This document shows, piece after piece, positions 9,551 to 20,520 of a stretch of DNA of 64,000 nucleotides (position 1 is its first letter; every line of letters begins with the position of its first letter). The DNA is from an uncultured Bacillota bacterium (GTDB taxonomy: Bacteria; Sysuimicrobiota; Sysuimicrobiia; Sysuimicrobiales; Segetimicrobiaceae), in the NCBI GenBank assembly GCA_963804645.1, contig CAWDRG010000005.1, positions 128,001-192,000 of the forward strand, written 5' to 3'. The notes under the pieces are model-generated. The model did no database searches, was not told the DNA's origin, and saw only the letters and a list, made by a program, of their open reading frames with translations. The translations under genes and the position numbers were made by a program.

Positions 9551-10804
9551 TTAGCCCTCACGCTGAGAATCTCCTGCGATGCGCCGCCCGCCGCCCGCCG
9601 CGCGCACGCGCTCGACGAGCGCATCGTACTCGCGCGCGGCGCCGTCCCGCGAGAAGTGACGCTCGACGTAGCGGCGTCCCGCGGCCCCCATCTCGAGGGC
9701 CGACGCCGGATCGCGCGCGATGCGCCGGATCGCGTCCGCGAGCGCGGCGGCATCGCCGGGGGGCACGCAGATGCCGCCGCCCGACGCCTCGATCATCTCG
9801 CGCGCGTCGCCCGGCGGGAGCGCGGCGACGACGGGCCGGGCGGCGGCGAGAATCCCGGCGATCTTCGAGGGCACCACGGGGGTCGCCACCGACGCCTGCA
9901 GGGTCGCGAGACAGCAGTCGGCCGCGTTGAGCAGCAGCGGATACCGCTCCATCGGCTGGAACGGCCCGAAGCGAACGTTCTCGAGCCGCCGGTCGCGGAC
10001 GAGCGCTTCCGCCTCCGCGCGCCGCACCCCGTCCCCAATCAGCAGGAACAGGATGTCGCGCTCGCCGCGGAGCGCCGCGGCGGCTTCAACGATCACGGCC
10101 ATGTCCTGCGCGTACCCCATCACCCCCGCGAACAGCACCACAAACGCGTCGCCGAGCGTAAACTCCGTCCGGTACGCGTTGTCGCGGGGGCCGGGGGCCG
10201 TCGCCTTCGTATCGATCCAGTTGGGTACGACGGTCACCTTGGCATCCGGGACGCCCTGTGCCATCAGGCGCGCGCGGTTCCCGTCCGAGTGCACCGTGAT
10301 CGCCGCGGCGCGCCGGTACGCCCGCCGCTCGAGCCAGCGAAGCACGCCCACGACGAGCCGGTTGCGTGCCAGTCCGAGATCGATGAGCGTCTGCGGATAC
10401 AGGTCCTGCACGTTCAGAATGTAGGGCGCGCCCCACGCGCGGCCGAGGGCCTCGCACGCCAGCGCCAATGTCAGCGGCGGCGAGTACGCGAGCAGGACAT
10501 CGTGACGTCCGAGGCGCCAGCCGGCCGCAATCATCGACCCGGCGAGGGTAAAGTGGGTCACCGCCCGCACCGTCGGCGCGACCTTCACGAACGGGAGCGC
10601 GGTGACGCGCTGGACCCGCACGCGGCCGCCGCCGTTCGCGGGGGCCGCGTCCGACTGCGCCTCAGCCATGTTCGCCGGCGGGTACGGCGCGAGTACGGTC
10701 ACCTCGTGCCCGGCGGCGGCTAGGTCCTCGGCTAACTGCGACATCAGGACCGAGACGCTCCGCACTTCCGGCGGATAGTGGGGGCTCAACAGCAGGATGC
10801 GCAT
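9551..10804 (-). CDS. Glycosyltransferase family 4 (WbuB-like)
   Basis: SPHYPPE, YSPPL, VQDLYP, VPNWID, FAGVMGYAQ, VPSKI. Confidence 0.88.
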   Translation of the reverse strand: MRILLLSPHYPPEVRSVSVLMSQLAEDLAAAGHEVTVLAPYPPANMAEAQSDAAPANGGGRVRVQRVTALPFVKVAPTVRAVTHFTLAGSMIAAGWRLGRHDVLLAYSPPLTLALACEALGRAWGAPYILNVQDLYPQTLIDLGLARNRLVVGVLRWLERRAYRRAAAITVHSDGNRARLMAQGVPDAKVTVVPNWIDTKATAPGPRDNAYRTEFTLGDAFVVLFAGVMGYAQDMAVIVEAAAALRGERDILFLLIGDGVRRAEAEALVRDRRLENVRFGPFQPMERYPLLLNAADCCLATLQASVATPVVPSKIAGILAAARPVVAALPPGDAREMIEASGGGICVPPGDAAALADAIRRIARDPASALEMGAAGRRYVERHFSRDGAAREYDALVERVRAAGGGRRIAGDSQREG

Positions 10805-11943
10805 CAGGCGGGCGCGGCCCCGGGCGTGACGATCCGCGCGTAGGCGGCCGCGATCCGGTCTCCGTAGACGTCCCAGCCCCAGGACGCGGCCGTGCGCGCC
10901 GCCGCCTCTCCCATCGCACGGCGGCGGGGCTCGTCCTCGTACAACTCGAGCAGCGCGTCGGCGAGCGCCCCGGCGTCCCTGGCCGGCACGATCAGCCCTT
11001 CGCGCCCGTGGGTCACGATGTCTTCCGCTCCTGTGTTCGGCGTCACTACGACCGGCAGCCCGCTCGCCATCGCCTCGAGAATCACAAGCGCCAGCCCTTC
11101 CTCAACCGATGGTAGCACAAAGACGGACGCGTCCCGGTACACGCGCGCGAGCTCCGCCTGCGAAAGACCGCCGAGGTGACGAAACGGCACGCGCGCGCGG
11201 TCCAGCATCGCGCGCTGCCCCGCCGGCACGGCACCGACGAGCCACAACTCCACGTCCGGCACGTTGAGACGCGCGACCGCGTCGAGCAGGTACGGGGTGC
11301 CCTTCCGGAGACTGAGACCCACGGCGACGATCCGAAACGGCCGCCCCGGGGTCGCTCCCGCGGTGAACTGATCGAGGTGCACGCCGTACGGCACGTGCAC
11401 GATCCGCTCCCGCGGGAACCCGTGGGCGAGAAAGCTTTCGAGCACAAACCGGCTCGGCACCGCGATGTACTCGGCCTCTTCGTACTCCTCCAGCTGCCGC
11501 GCGAGCAGCCGCCGGTCCACGGGCGGCGCCTCGGCACCCCACCGTTGGTGCTCTTCTGCCAGCAGCGCCTGCTGGGTCAGGATGTGGGTCGATCCCCGCT
11601 CGAGCACCGTGTGCGCGCCCGACGCCCGGGCCGCGCGGCTGGACAGGAGCGAGAACAGCGCAAACCCGACCAGCAGATCGCAGTCGCGCACGTGCCGGAC
11701 CGCCCAGCGGTCGAACGACACCGCCTTGAGATAGTCGCCGATCTCCCAGCGCAGCCCAAAGCGGCGCGGCCCGCGCATCAGGATCTCCGGCACGATGTTG
11801 GCGACGAGGCGCTCGCTCGGGATCTGCTCCCCGCGCAGCGGCCGGTGGGTGGTGACGAGGCGCTGCAGGAGGCCCCGTCGTTCGAGCTGTTCGGCCAGGC
11901 GGAACGCGTGGAACGTTCCGCCGACCGACACTGTGACCTTCAT
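10804..11943 (-). CDS. Glycosyltransferase family 4
   Basis: Start MKVTVSVGGTFH at ATGA overlap; RKG motif and FVLPSVEEGLALVILEAMASGLPVV. Confidence 0.9.
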   Translation of the reverse strand: MKVTVSVGGTFHAFRLAEQLERRGLLQRLVTTHRPLRGEQIPSERLVANIVPEILMRGPRRFGLRWEIGDYLKAVSFDRWAVRHVRDCDLLVGFALFSLLSSRAARASGAHTVLERGSTHILTQQALLAEEHQRWGAEAPPVDRRLLARQLEEYEEAEYIAVPSRFVLESFLAHGFPRERIVHVPYGVHLDQFTAGATPGRPFRIVAVGLSLRKGTPYLLDAVARLNVPDVELWLVGAVPAGQRAMLDRARVPFRHLGGLSQAELARVYRDASVFVLPSVEEGLALVILEAMASGLPVVVTPNTGAEDIVTHGREGLIVPARDAGALADALLELYEDEPRRRAMGEAAARTAASWGWDVYGDRIAAAYARIVTPGAAPA

Positions 11944-13483
11944 CGACCGTCGGGGCCGGCGGGCTCGTCCGCGGCACCAATCTCCGGCGCCGCATCGGCC
12001 GCGGCCGGCGCGCCGTTCTGCGAGAGCGGCGTCTCCCCCTGAAACGCGGCGATCAGCGCAAGCAGGTGTTCCTGCATCTGCTGCCAGTCGAACAGGGCGA
12101 GGCAGACGACGTACAGGAAGCCCGACGCCGCGAGGTTCGCTGCGAACCCCGTGCGCCCGGTCCACGGGAGCACGTGCCACGTCCGGCTCAGCGCGACCGC
12201 GCCGCCGCCGACCGCCGCAGCGATCGCGGGGCGCAGATAGCCCCCGAGCGCCAGGGACCCGATCTCGGCCCGGAGCGACAGATAACTCGAGCCGAGCCCG
12301 ACCACCTCGCTGAGCGTCATGACCGCCGCCGCCCCCCGCGCCCCCCAGTGTAAAATTGCGGGCGCCAAGAGCGGCAGCGTCACGCAGAGCTGGACGACCC
12401 GAAACTTCACGGCGTCGCGGATCCGTCCGATGCCGATCAGCAGCACTTTGACGTTGTCGGCAATCGGATAGAGAAACCCGAAGACGGCGAGCCAGGGCAG
12501 GATCGCCGCGGTTTCGTCCCAGCGCTGGCCGGCGCCGTACAGCAGGCCCACGAGCTCCCGCGGGAAGAGCAGGAGCCAGATCAGCACGGGGAACATCAGC
12601 CGCACCAGGAATCCGTGCGTGAGCCGGTAGGCGTACGCGACCGCCTCCGCCCGCCCCTGCAGGCGCGCGTAGACGGGATAGGCCACCTGCACGGCGCCGA
12701 ACGACACGATGTAGTGGCCGAACTCGGCGAGGTACCGGCCGCGGTCGTAGAACCCGAGCACGACGGTGCCGCCGAGGATGCCGAGGAGTGCTGTGTCCGC
12801 GCGGTACCAGAGCGTCTCGAGCCCCCGCGTCACGAACATCTGCCACCCGAACCGCCACAGCCGCTGCGCGGTCTCGTGGTTGTAACCGCCGTGGTAGCGC
12901 CAGCGGCTCGCGACGCGATTGCCCACGAGCGCGGCACCGGAGAGCACGACTTCCCGACCGAGCAGGCTCCACACCCCGGCGCCGGCGCTTGGCCATCGCC
13001 AGCGTCGACGACCATCGCCAGGACCGCGGTGACGAGCCGCACTACCGAGAGCTGATGGTACACAAGCTGCTTCTCAAGCTGCGCGGAGTACACGTAGGAG
13101 AACAGCGTCAGGTTCCGGACGGCGAACAGGATGAAAAACAGCGGGATGAACGACCCGGGGTAGTGCGGGCTCAAGATCACGCACAGCACCGCCGCCACCG
13201 CGAGCATGCCCCAGTACAGCCGGCGGCTCAGCACGTACGCGGTCTCGGCGACCTGAGGCGCAGTCGGCATCTGGATGATGCCCTGCGAGAAGCTGAACGC
13301 GGTGATGATCGAGAGCAGGTCCACGAACGACCCGGCGAGCGCGAACTGCCCGAAGTCCTTGGGGAAGAGGATGCGCGCCAGGACGAGCGTGACGCCGAGG
13401 TTGAGAACGAATCCGATGTAGCCTGAGCCGCTGAGCCAGACCGTCCCGATCAGGGCGCGGCGCGCCCCCGACTGCGGCTTCAC
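11940..13483 (-). CDS. wzx: Oligosaccharide flippase (Wzx), split by apparent frameshifts near 12985-13010
   Basis: ORF 12830-13483 (LARILFPKDFGQFA) and ORF 11940-12974 (GVWSLL..., LGFYDRG) are the two halves of one flippase. Removing two single bases restores VVTLAMAKAGAGVWSLLG. Confidence 0.8.
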
Positions 13484-14724
13484 CGAGACGCCCGCACGTC
13501 GGCCGGCGCAGGCGCGGTGCGGCGCACGCCGGTGCTGCGCAGCGCGTCCAAGATCCCCCGGACGTCCGCCTCGTAGGAGTAGGCGGCGACGATCTCGAGC
13601 GACCGCGCCCCCATCGCCTCGCGCCGGGCGGGGTCGCCGAGCACCGCGCGCAGCGCCTGCGCGAGCGCGTCCACGTCACCCACGTGATACACGTACCCGT
13701 TCTCCCCCGGCCGGACAAGATCGGGCGCCGCGCCGACCGCGTCGCTCGCAATCGCCGGGACGCCGAAGCACATCGCCTCGTTCAGGACGAGCCCCCAGGG
13801 CTCGTGGCTGGACGGCAGCACCAGCACGTCGGACGCCGCATAGTACTGCGAGATCTCGCCCTGATTGATGAAGCCCGTGATCAGGGCGTGGCGCAGACCG
13901 GCGCGGGCGATCTCCGCCTCCAACAGGGCGCGCTCGCTGCCGTCTCCCATCAACACCAGCGACAGGGGACACTCCCCCGCGATCCGTGCCGCCGCCTGCA
14001 CCAGATCCAGGGGCCGCTTCCGGGGAATCAGCTTCCCCGCGTACAGCACCACGGGCACGCCGGGCGGGACGCCGAGGTGTTCGCGGAGGGCGGCCCGCTC
14101 CGGCCGCAGCCGCGCCGCCTCCGTCATGAAGTACTCGTTGTCGACGGCGTACGGCACCGAGAAGATGCGGTCGTCCGGCACGCCGTAGGCCCGGTAGAAC
14201 TCCCGGTTGCGCTCGCCGATCGCGAGCGCGCCGTGGATGCGGTGCAGCAGGCCCCCGAGCACGGCGCGCTTGCCGGTCCGGACCCACCACCGCCGCCGGC
14301 CGAGCAGGTTGGACTCCCCCCGCAGGAACAGCGGCGTCGCGGTCGCCCAGGCACCGAGAAACGACAGCCACTCCGTGGCATGTGCGTAGCCGTGCACGAT
14401 CAGCGCATCATAGCGCCCCGCGCGCAGCGTGCCGAAGATCGAGGGATGGAAGAACCGAAGGAAGTGATCGGCCGAGATCGGCGACCGGTTCCGCAGCACG
14501 CGCCACTCGTACCCGTCAAGGAGAGGCAGATCCCACTGCACGGTCGAGCCGAACTCCCAGTCATAATACTGCCGCGCCCCCATGTCATCCATGTAGTACA
14601 CGGTCAGGTCCAATGCCGGGTCCGCCGCGAGTCGTCGGAGGAGCGGGACCTGATATTGGATCGGATGCGAGACGAGGTACGCGACGCGAAACGGCGCCAT
14701 GCCGTCACCGGCCGAAATATTCAC
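13480..14724 (-). CDS. Glycosyltransferase family 4
   Basis: SHPIQYQVP, GKLIPRKRP, VLPSSHEPWGLVLNEAMCFG. Start is either GTG 14724 (6 nt after TATGAT) or ATG 14700. Confidence 0.9.
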   Translation of the reverse strand: MNISAGDGMAPFRVAYLVSHPIQYQVPLLRRLAADPALDLTVYYMDDMGARQYYDWEFGSTVQWDLPLLDGYEWRVLRNRSPISADHFLRFFHPSIFGTLRAGRYDALIVHGYAHATEWLSFLGAWATATPLFLRGESNLLGRRRWWVRTGKRAVLGGLLHRIHGALAIGERNREFYRAYGVPDDRIFSVPYAVDNEYFMTEAARLRPERAALREHLGVPPGVPVVLYAGKLIPRKRPLDLVQAAARIAGECPLSLVLMGDGSERALLEAEIARAGLRHALITGFINQGEISQYYAASDVLVLPSSHEPWGLVLNEAMCFGVPAIASDAVGAAPDLVRPGENGYVYHVGDVDALAQALRAVLGDPARREAMGARSLEIVAAYSYEADVRGILDALRSTGVRRTAPAPADVRASR

Positions 14725-14835
14725 ACCCGCATCATAACCAACGGTCGGCGTGCGTGGTGATCGAGATCCCGGAGGTCCGCCCCGCACAGCCGCTCGGCGC
14801 CTCGGTGCGTGGCCGACCCGAGCGCGCGCGGTTCC

Positions 14836-16554
14836 CTACTCCAGACGCCGGCACGAGGCCCCTTGCGGTGGAACGCCTCCGGCCTCCTGCTCACGAACCG
14901 CCGGTGTGAGCGCCGGCAGCGTGCACAGGATCCCGTCTTTCCACGTCAGCACGTGGAAATCACCGACCTGGTAGATGTGGTCCGGTTCCCCGAAGGTGCG
15001 GCGCGCGATCAGATCGTCGACATCCCCGCCGTCCACGATGAGGAACGTCGCGGGATGCGCAGACGTGAACCACGCGTTGCTGGCCATCAACTCGATGTTG
15101 GGCACAAGCGTCGTCGCCGAACGCGGGATCGAAGCGTACTGACCGGTCGAGATCAGAGGACGAACGGTCACCCGGCCGGCGGTCTCCACCGTGACGATCG
15201 AGGCCTCGTCGTAGGGCCCGTATCCGGACTGGAAGCCGTGCTGGTCGAGCCAGCGGGCCAGCGCAATCTGATGGAATTTCTCGGGGTTGTCGAAGCCCTC
15301 GGGATGCCGCAGATGGATCGGCGGGACGCCGAAGACGAACACGACCGCACCCACCAGCAGCGCCGAGGCCAGCGTGCCCTTCCGACGCGGTTCGGCCAGC
15401 CATCCACGGTACCCGGACGCGACCGTTCTGGCAAACACGATCACCGCCAGGAGAAACACCGGGGTGCGATGCTCGTCGCCCAGGTAGTCGCCGGGGCCGT
15501 ACAGGAAGGTTCCGGCCGCTGAGAGGAGCACCGCGGTCGTGACGACGACCGTGACCCAGTCGGCAAGGGCGCCGCGCGCCACCTGGACGACGGCGCGCGC
15601 CACTGCCCAGAGCACGGCGCACAGGTACCCGAACCGAACCATGGCGGACAGCAGCTGGCCGTGGTGGCTCCCCAACGACATGCCGAAGAAGTTGGCGCCG
15701 GTGAGGTCCAGGAATGTGCGGATGAAGTCGACGGCGCGCGGGACGAGCTCAGAAAGCGGAATAATATCCGACAGCGACAGCCGCATCGTGAACCCGCCGA
15801 GGCGGGGCACCAGCCACAGCACGCCGGCGGCGGCGATCCACGCCGCGAGCGCGACCCAGAGGGCGCGCGTGCTCCAGCCGTCGCGGGCGGACCCGGGCTG
15901 CACCAGCCATCCGTACAGCGACACGAGGATGATCGGGAGGATCCCCAGCGTCAGCATGTAGGGATCCCCAACCCGCCCCATCGCGAGCAGGAGCCCGGCG
16001 CCGATGAGACCCGCGGCCGCTGCGCGGCCTCGCCGACCGGCGCTCACCCGGAGCGCCAGTATGGCACCGAGCGCAACCGCCGTGGTACCGGTGTGGTACG
16101 GGCCGATCAACACCTGGCTCGCCAGCGCGGGGGAGGGAAACAGCAGCGGCAGTAGAGCGATCCCGATGATCATCGCGCGATCGGTACCCCGAAGATCTAG
16201 CCCGACAACGGATACCGATGCGACAAGGACCATCAGCACAAGATAAACGAACATGGGCACCGCGTGCAGCAGCACCGGATCGAATCCCCGCAGCCGCAGT
16301 CCGAGCACGTAGACCATGTCGTCGGTGAACCAGTGCGGGTCTTGCGTCACCACCCAGCCGTGCAGCAGCCAGTTGCCGTGCAGCATATCTTGGGCGTAGA
16401 GGAGGTTGTTGGCGAAATCGAACACGTCGAGGCCTGCGGGCACCGAGAGTGTCACGGCCCAGCAGTAGATCAACCAGCAGACGATGGCGACCCCGGCACC
16501 GGCGAGCAGCACCACCCGCCGCGCCCTGCCGCGCCGGCCGACGCTAGCCAGCAT
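14836..16554 (-). CDS. Polytopic membrane protein, putative GT-C-fold glycosyltransferase
   Basis: First TM followed by an acidic loop (DVFDFAN...DMLHGNWLLHGW), about 12 TM segments and a C-terminal soluble domain; GAGG precedes the ATG. Confidence 0.5.
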   Translation of the reverse strand: MLASVGRRGRARRVVLLAGAGVAIVCWLIYCWAVTLSVPAGLDVFDFANNLLYAQDMLHGNWLLHGWVVTQDPHWFTDDMVYVLGLRLRGFDPVLLHAVPMFVYLVLMVLVASVSVVGLDLRGTDRAMIIGIALLPLLFPSPALASQVLIGPYHTGTTAVALGAILALRVSAGRRGRAAAAGLIGAGLLLAMGRVGDPYMLTLGILPIILVSLYGWLVQPGSARDGWSTRALWVALAAWIAAAGVLWLVPRLGGFTMRLSLSDIIPLSELVPRAVDFIRTFLDLTGANFFGMSLGSHHGQLLSAMVRFGYLCAVLWAVARAVVQVARGALADWVTVVVTTAVLLSAAGTFLYGPGDYLGDEHRTPVFLLAVIVFARTVASGYRGWLAEPRRKGTLASALLVGAVVFVFGVPPIHLRHPEGFDNPEKFHQIALARWLDQHGFQSGYGPYDEASIVTVETAGRVTVRPLISTGQYASIPRSATTLVPNIELMASNAWFTSAHPATFLIVDGGDVDDLIARRTFGEPDHIYQVGDFHVLTWKDGILCTLPALTPAVREQEAGGVPPQGASCRRLE

Positions 16555-16915
16555 CGGCACCTCGCCGATCGATCGAGTGCGGGGTCCGGGTCGCGCCGCG
16601 CAGCGGCTGAGCCAACGGCTCCGACCGTGTGGCGACCAATCTCTGCGCGACCCGCGTCCGCGGCCAGCGAGCCATGTATCAACCTCCGTGACACGAGAGC
16701 CCCGCCGTGTCGGCCCAAGGTTCGGCGAGCCGGGATTCTGAACCTTTCCTGCTGCGAAGGCATGCTGGCGGCCCGACAGGGTGATCGGGGCCCGGGACGA
16801 AGCATATGGAGACATCCATGCGAAGGCCGGCCAGCGCCTCGAATTCACGCGCTGCCCTCCGCCGCAGTGTCGGATGAGCGGTAGCGCGTCACCGCACGGG
16901 AGGCTCCATCCGTTC

Positions 16916-18756
16916 ATGAGCGCAAGTCTCGCCCGTCGACTTGGCCTCGTCGTCGCCGTGCTGCTTGCAGCACAGCTCGGCGTGCCGCTCTCACGTGCCG
17001 CCTCATCTCCCCCCCGCTCTGGTCCCGCGCAGGGCGCCGCGCCCGCCTTCGCCCCCGCCGGCCTCGCGCTGGACCGCACGGGACATCTCTACGTCACCGA
17101 TCCAAACGACAATCAGATCCTCCGCCTGAACGATATCTCCGGGGAGCGGCGTCGTCGCGCTCGGAAGCTTTGGCTCAGGCGCCGCTCAATTCAACCGGCC
17201 GTTCGGCATCGCGGTGGATTCCAGCGGCCGCATCTACGTCGCCGACACGGCCAACGACCGTGTGGTGCGTATGGACGACATGACCGGACGGGGATGGGTC
17301 GCCCTTGGCACCACCGGGCGCGGCCCCGGGCAGTTCGAGGCGCCGAGGGCCATCTTTGTCGACTCGCAGGATCGAATCTATGTCGCCGACACCCTCAACA
17401 ATCGCATCGTCAGCATGGACGACATGACCGGCCGCGGCTGGAAGGCGCTGGGAGCCACAGGAACCGGGCGCGACCAATTTACCGCTCCAAGCGGGATTAC
17501 TGTCGACTCGCGCCACCGCGTGTACGTGACCGATACCGGCAACCACCGCGTCGTGCGCGTTGACGACATGACCGGCCGCGGCTGGGTGAGCCGGGGCGAC
17601 GCGGATCACACGTTCAACGCGCCGTGGAACGTCAGCCTCGACACTCGGGGCCGCCTGTATGTCACGGACAGATACGCAGATCGGGTGGTGCGCATGGACG
17701 ATATGTCCGGCGCGGGCACCGTGCGCCTCGGCGTATTCGGAAGCGGTCCCGGTCAGTTCGCCTCGCCGGCCGGGATCGCCGTCGATGCGCGAGGCGCCAT
17801 CTACGTCACGGACTTGAACACGACCCGCATCATCCGAATCCAAGACATGCGGGGTGCCGGCTGGGTGTCGCTCGTCGGAAACCCTCAAACTGCCCGGTTC
17901 GTCCGTCCGCTTGGCCTCGCCGTTGACGCCACCGGAAATGTGTACGTGGCAGATTCACGCAACAACCGAATCGTGCAGGTCAATAACTTCCCCAGCGGTG
18001 AGTGGGACGTCTACGCGATTCAGGAGAATACCGATCCACTGCAGTTCCCGTGGGGCGTCACCGTCGACGGGATCGGCCGCATCCTCATTGCCAACACGGG
18101 TGCGCGCCAGGTGGAGCGGATCGACGACATCTCGGGCCAAGGAGAGGTCGTCCGCGGGCGCATCGAAGACGCCCCACAGCCTCTTCGCGGCGCCCGGGGA
18201 TGTCGCGATCGACCTGTTGGGGTTCATCTATGTGACGGATATGGACAACAGCCGGATCGTCCGGATGAGCACGATGTCGGGCTACGGCTGGACGACGCTT
18301 GGGACGGCCGGCACCAAACCCAAGCAGTTCAACACCCCATGGGGCATCGCCGTTGACTCACAGGAGCGTATCTACGTGGCCGACACGCACAACAACCGCA
18401 TCGTGCGGATGGATGACTTTACCGGCGCGGGGTGGACCACGCTTGGGACGTACGGCGATGGTCCGCGTACGTTTTCGGGGCCCACCGGCATCGCATTCGA
18501 TGCGCAGGACCGCCTGTACATCGCGGACAGCGAAAATAACCGGATTGTGCGCATGGACGACATCACAGGGCGAGGCTGGATCACGTACGGACGGCGCGGC
18601 AGCGGCCCCGGCCAATTCGATGTACCCTGGGGGATCGCCGTGGACGCCCGCGGCCGGATCTACGTCGCCGACAGCGCGAACAACCGCGTCGTGCGCATCG
18701 ACAATATGTCGGGAGCCGGCTGGACCGCGCTGACCCAAGCGATCCCAGTGCCGTAG
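16916..18756 (+). CDS. Secreted NHL-repeat beta-propeller protein (12 repeats), split by two apparent +1 frameshifts (~17142 and ~18156)
   Basis: Signal peptide MSASLARRLGLVVAVLLAAQ, then repeated F..P.GIAVD..GRIYVAD..N.RIVRMDDM.G units across ORFs 16781-17563, 17214-18356 and 17854-18756. Confidence 0.85.
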
Positions 18757-18769
18757 CGGTCGTCGGGGG

Positions 18770-20176
18770 TCACGCCGCGGGAGGGGACAGGCGCGCCCCG
18801 ATTCGCCGAATGCAGATGTCGACGAGCCAGTAGAGCAGGAACCCGTGAATGACCCCGCCGAGGATGAGGCTCAGGTTTGATTCCAGATCCGTTGCCGACG
18901 CGACCACCACCATGCCGAGCATCACGTTCCCCGGTGCGCTGTTCTCGCCGAGCCACCCGGCCCAGATGACCCGCAACACGATCCCCAGGAGCGCGGCGGA
19001 TCCGATGACGCCGATCCAGCCTCCGCTGATCCAGCCCTCGGTGACGACCGGAAGGTTGACGCTGGTGGCCGTGTCCTCCGGATCGAGAAACTTGTACCGG
19101 TGCCCGTACCATTGGCCGGCGACCTCCTGGGGGCCGTTTCGCCAGAGCGCGCGGGGCACCAATTTGGTCAGCAGCGGACGGTACGTCGTGCCGCCCGCGT
19201 AGGGGACGGCCGCCGGCGTCAGCTCGGTGACGTAGGCCAGGTCGGCCAAGCGGTTGATCCGGCTGAGCGCCTGCCCGACGATAAACAGCGCGACCTGCGG
19301 GACGCCGGTCGTCTGGTGAGCACGAAGTCCCGCCGCCTGCGGGTCGAATTCCCGGATCTGGCGGGCGGTGGCCTGCAGAGACGACCGCAGCGGAGCCAGG
19401 ATCGCCCGTCCCCCTCTCAGGAACGCGTGACCGCCGTAGAGATCCTGACGCAGCGCGTCCTTGAGCGGCAGTGCGACCACCATCAAGGGCACGACCAGCA
19501 GCAGCGCCAGCACCGGGCGGCGCCAGGATCCATCGACCACGCCGACCCCGTACAATATCGCGATTGCGCCAACGGCCGCCGGACCCACCTTGGCCAACCC
19601 CAGTGGGACGACGAGCGTCACGCCCAGGTCGAACAGGATCAACAGCCAGACGAGCCCCACCGCGGTGCCGGGCGCGCCGCGCCGCCGAAGACTGCCGAGC
19701 TGCTGCACTCCCAGCACCACGGCGATGACCGGCGCAAACGCCAGCTGATTCACGACCTCCTCGAGGCTTGACGGGAACCGCACCAGCGAGTGCGCGAGCG
19801 AGAGCATCCCTCCCACGACTGAGAATCCCACGAGCGCCATCCACAGCATCGACGGCGTCCAGGCGCGAGGCGTCGCCGCGCGGCGAAGGGGCCACAATAC
19901 GATGCCGATCGCGACGCCAAACCACACCACACAGACCAGCACCGCCTTACGGACAAAGGGCGCGCCGACGGTCGTGGTAAGGCCGTATTGCAAGTTCAGC
20001 TGCATCGGAAGACGGTAGAACGCGAGCGAGAGAAAAAAGAACGCCATCAGCGGCGCGAAGATCGCGACGATGAACATCCAACGTCGCGAGCCGGGCTGTT
20101 CCCGCACCCGCTCACCCTCGAAGGGCCGCGTGGCTCTGAGCGCGCCTCCCCTCGCCCACCATCCACTGAGCTGCAT
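18770..20176 (-). CDS. Polytopic membrane protein, putative Wzy-like polymerase (paralogue 2)
   Basis: Shares RINRLxDLAYVxELTP, VPRxLW, AGQxYGHRYxFLDPxDT, NLPxVxEGWISGGW and xSNLSL with 2514-3899. Confidence 0.6.
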   Translation of the reverse strand: MQLSGWWARGGALRATRPFEGERVREQPGSRRWMFIVAIFAPLMAFFFLSLAFYRLPMQLNLQYGLTTTVGAPFVRKAVLVCVVWFGVAIGIVLWPLRRAATPRAWTPSMLWMALVGFSVVGGMLSLAHSLVRFPSSLEEVVNQLAFAPVIAVVLGVQQLGSLRRRGAPGTAVGLVWLLILFDLGVTLVVPLGLAKVGPAAVGAIAILYGVGVVDGSWRRPVLALLLVVPLMVVALPLKDALRQDLYGGHAFLRGGRAILAPLRSSLQATARQIREFDPQAAGLRAHQTTGVPQVALFIVGQALSRINRLADLAYVTELTPAAVPYAGGTTYRPLLTKLVPRALWRNGPQEVAGQWYGHRYKFLDPEDTATSVNLPVVTEGWISGGWIGVIGSAALLGIVLRVIWAGWLGENSAPGNVMLGMVVVASATDLESNLSLILGGVIHGFLLYWLVDICIRRIGARLSPPAA

Positions 20177-20422
20177 CGTCACGCCTTTCAGTGCAGGCAC
20201 CTGGTACGGAACGCCTGCTCAGCGTACCGGAGCCGTGATTGGCGGTCCAGCCCGGACAGCCCGCCGCCTGTGTGTTCCAACGGGTCCGCCAGCGTTCCAG
20301 TGTGATGCCCCGAGGGAACACGCGATCTCACGTCACGCGAAAAGCGCAACGGTCACCGAACCCACTGGCGACCGACTGTACACCCGTACAGCGTTGGTTT
20401 TGACGCGGTCTCAGTCGACACC

Positions 20423-20466
20423 TTGCGAACCGCCGCTTCTTTCGCAATGGGGCTGTGCAGTATAAT
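20423..20466 (+). promoter_or_regulatory. TATAAT -10 with upstream inverted repeat TTGCGAA-N11-TTCGCAA
   Basis: TATAAT at 20461-20466; perfect 7-bp inverted repeat at 20423-20447 in the divergent intergenic region. Confidence 0.45.
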
Positions 20467-20520
20467 CCCAAGTATACGGGTGCCAGCTGCTCGGCAACGC
20501 GGTACGGAGCAGAAGCAGTG

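Noticed and set aside
16874..16890. ops/JUMPStart-like element (AGCGGTAGCG)
   Set aside because: Imperfect match to GGCGGTAG, located before a single gene rather than the long glycan operon, and no rfaH seen.
17040..18730. Nucleotide-level repeats (e.g. GGACGACATGACCGG) resembling an array or DGR template
   Set aside because: Fully explained by coding NHL repeats; no reverse transcriptase in the window.
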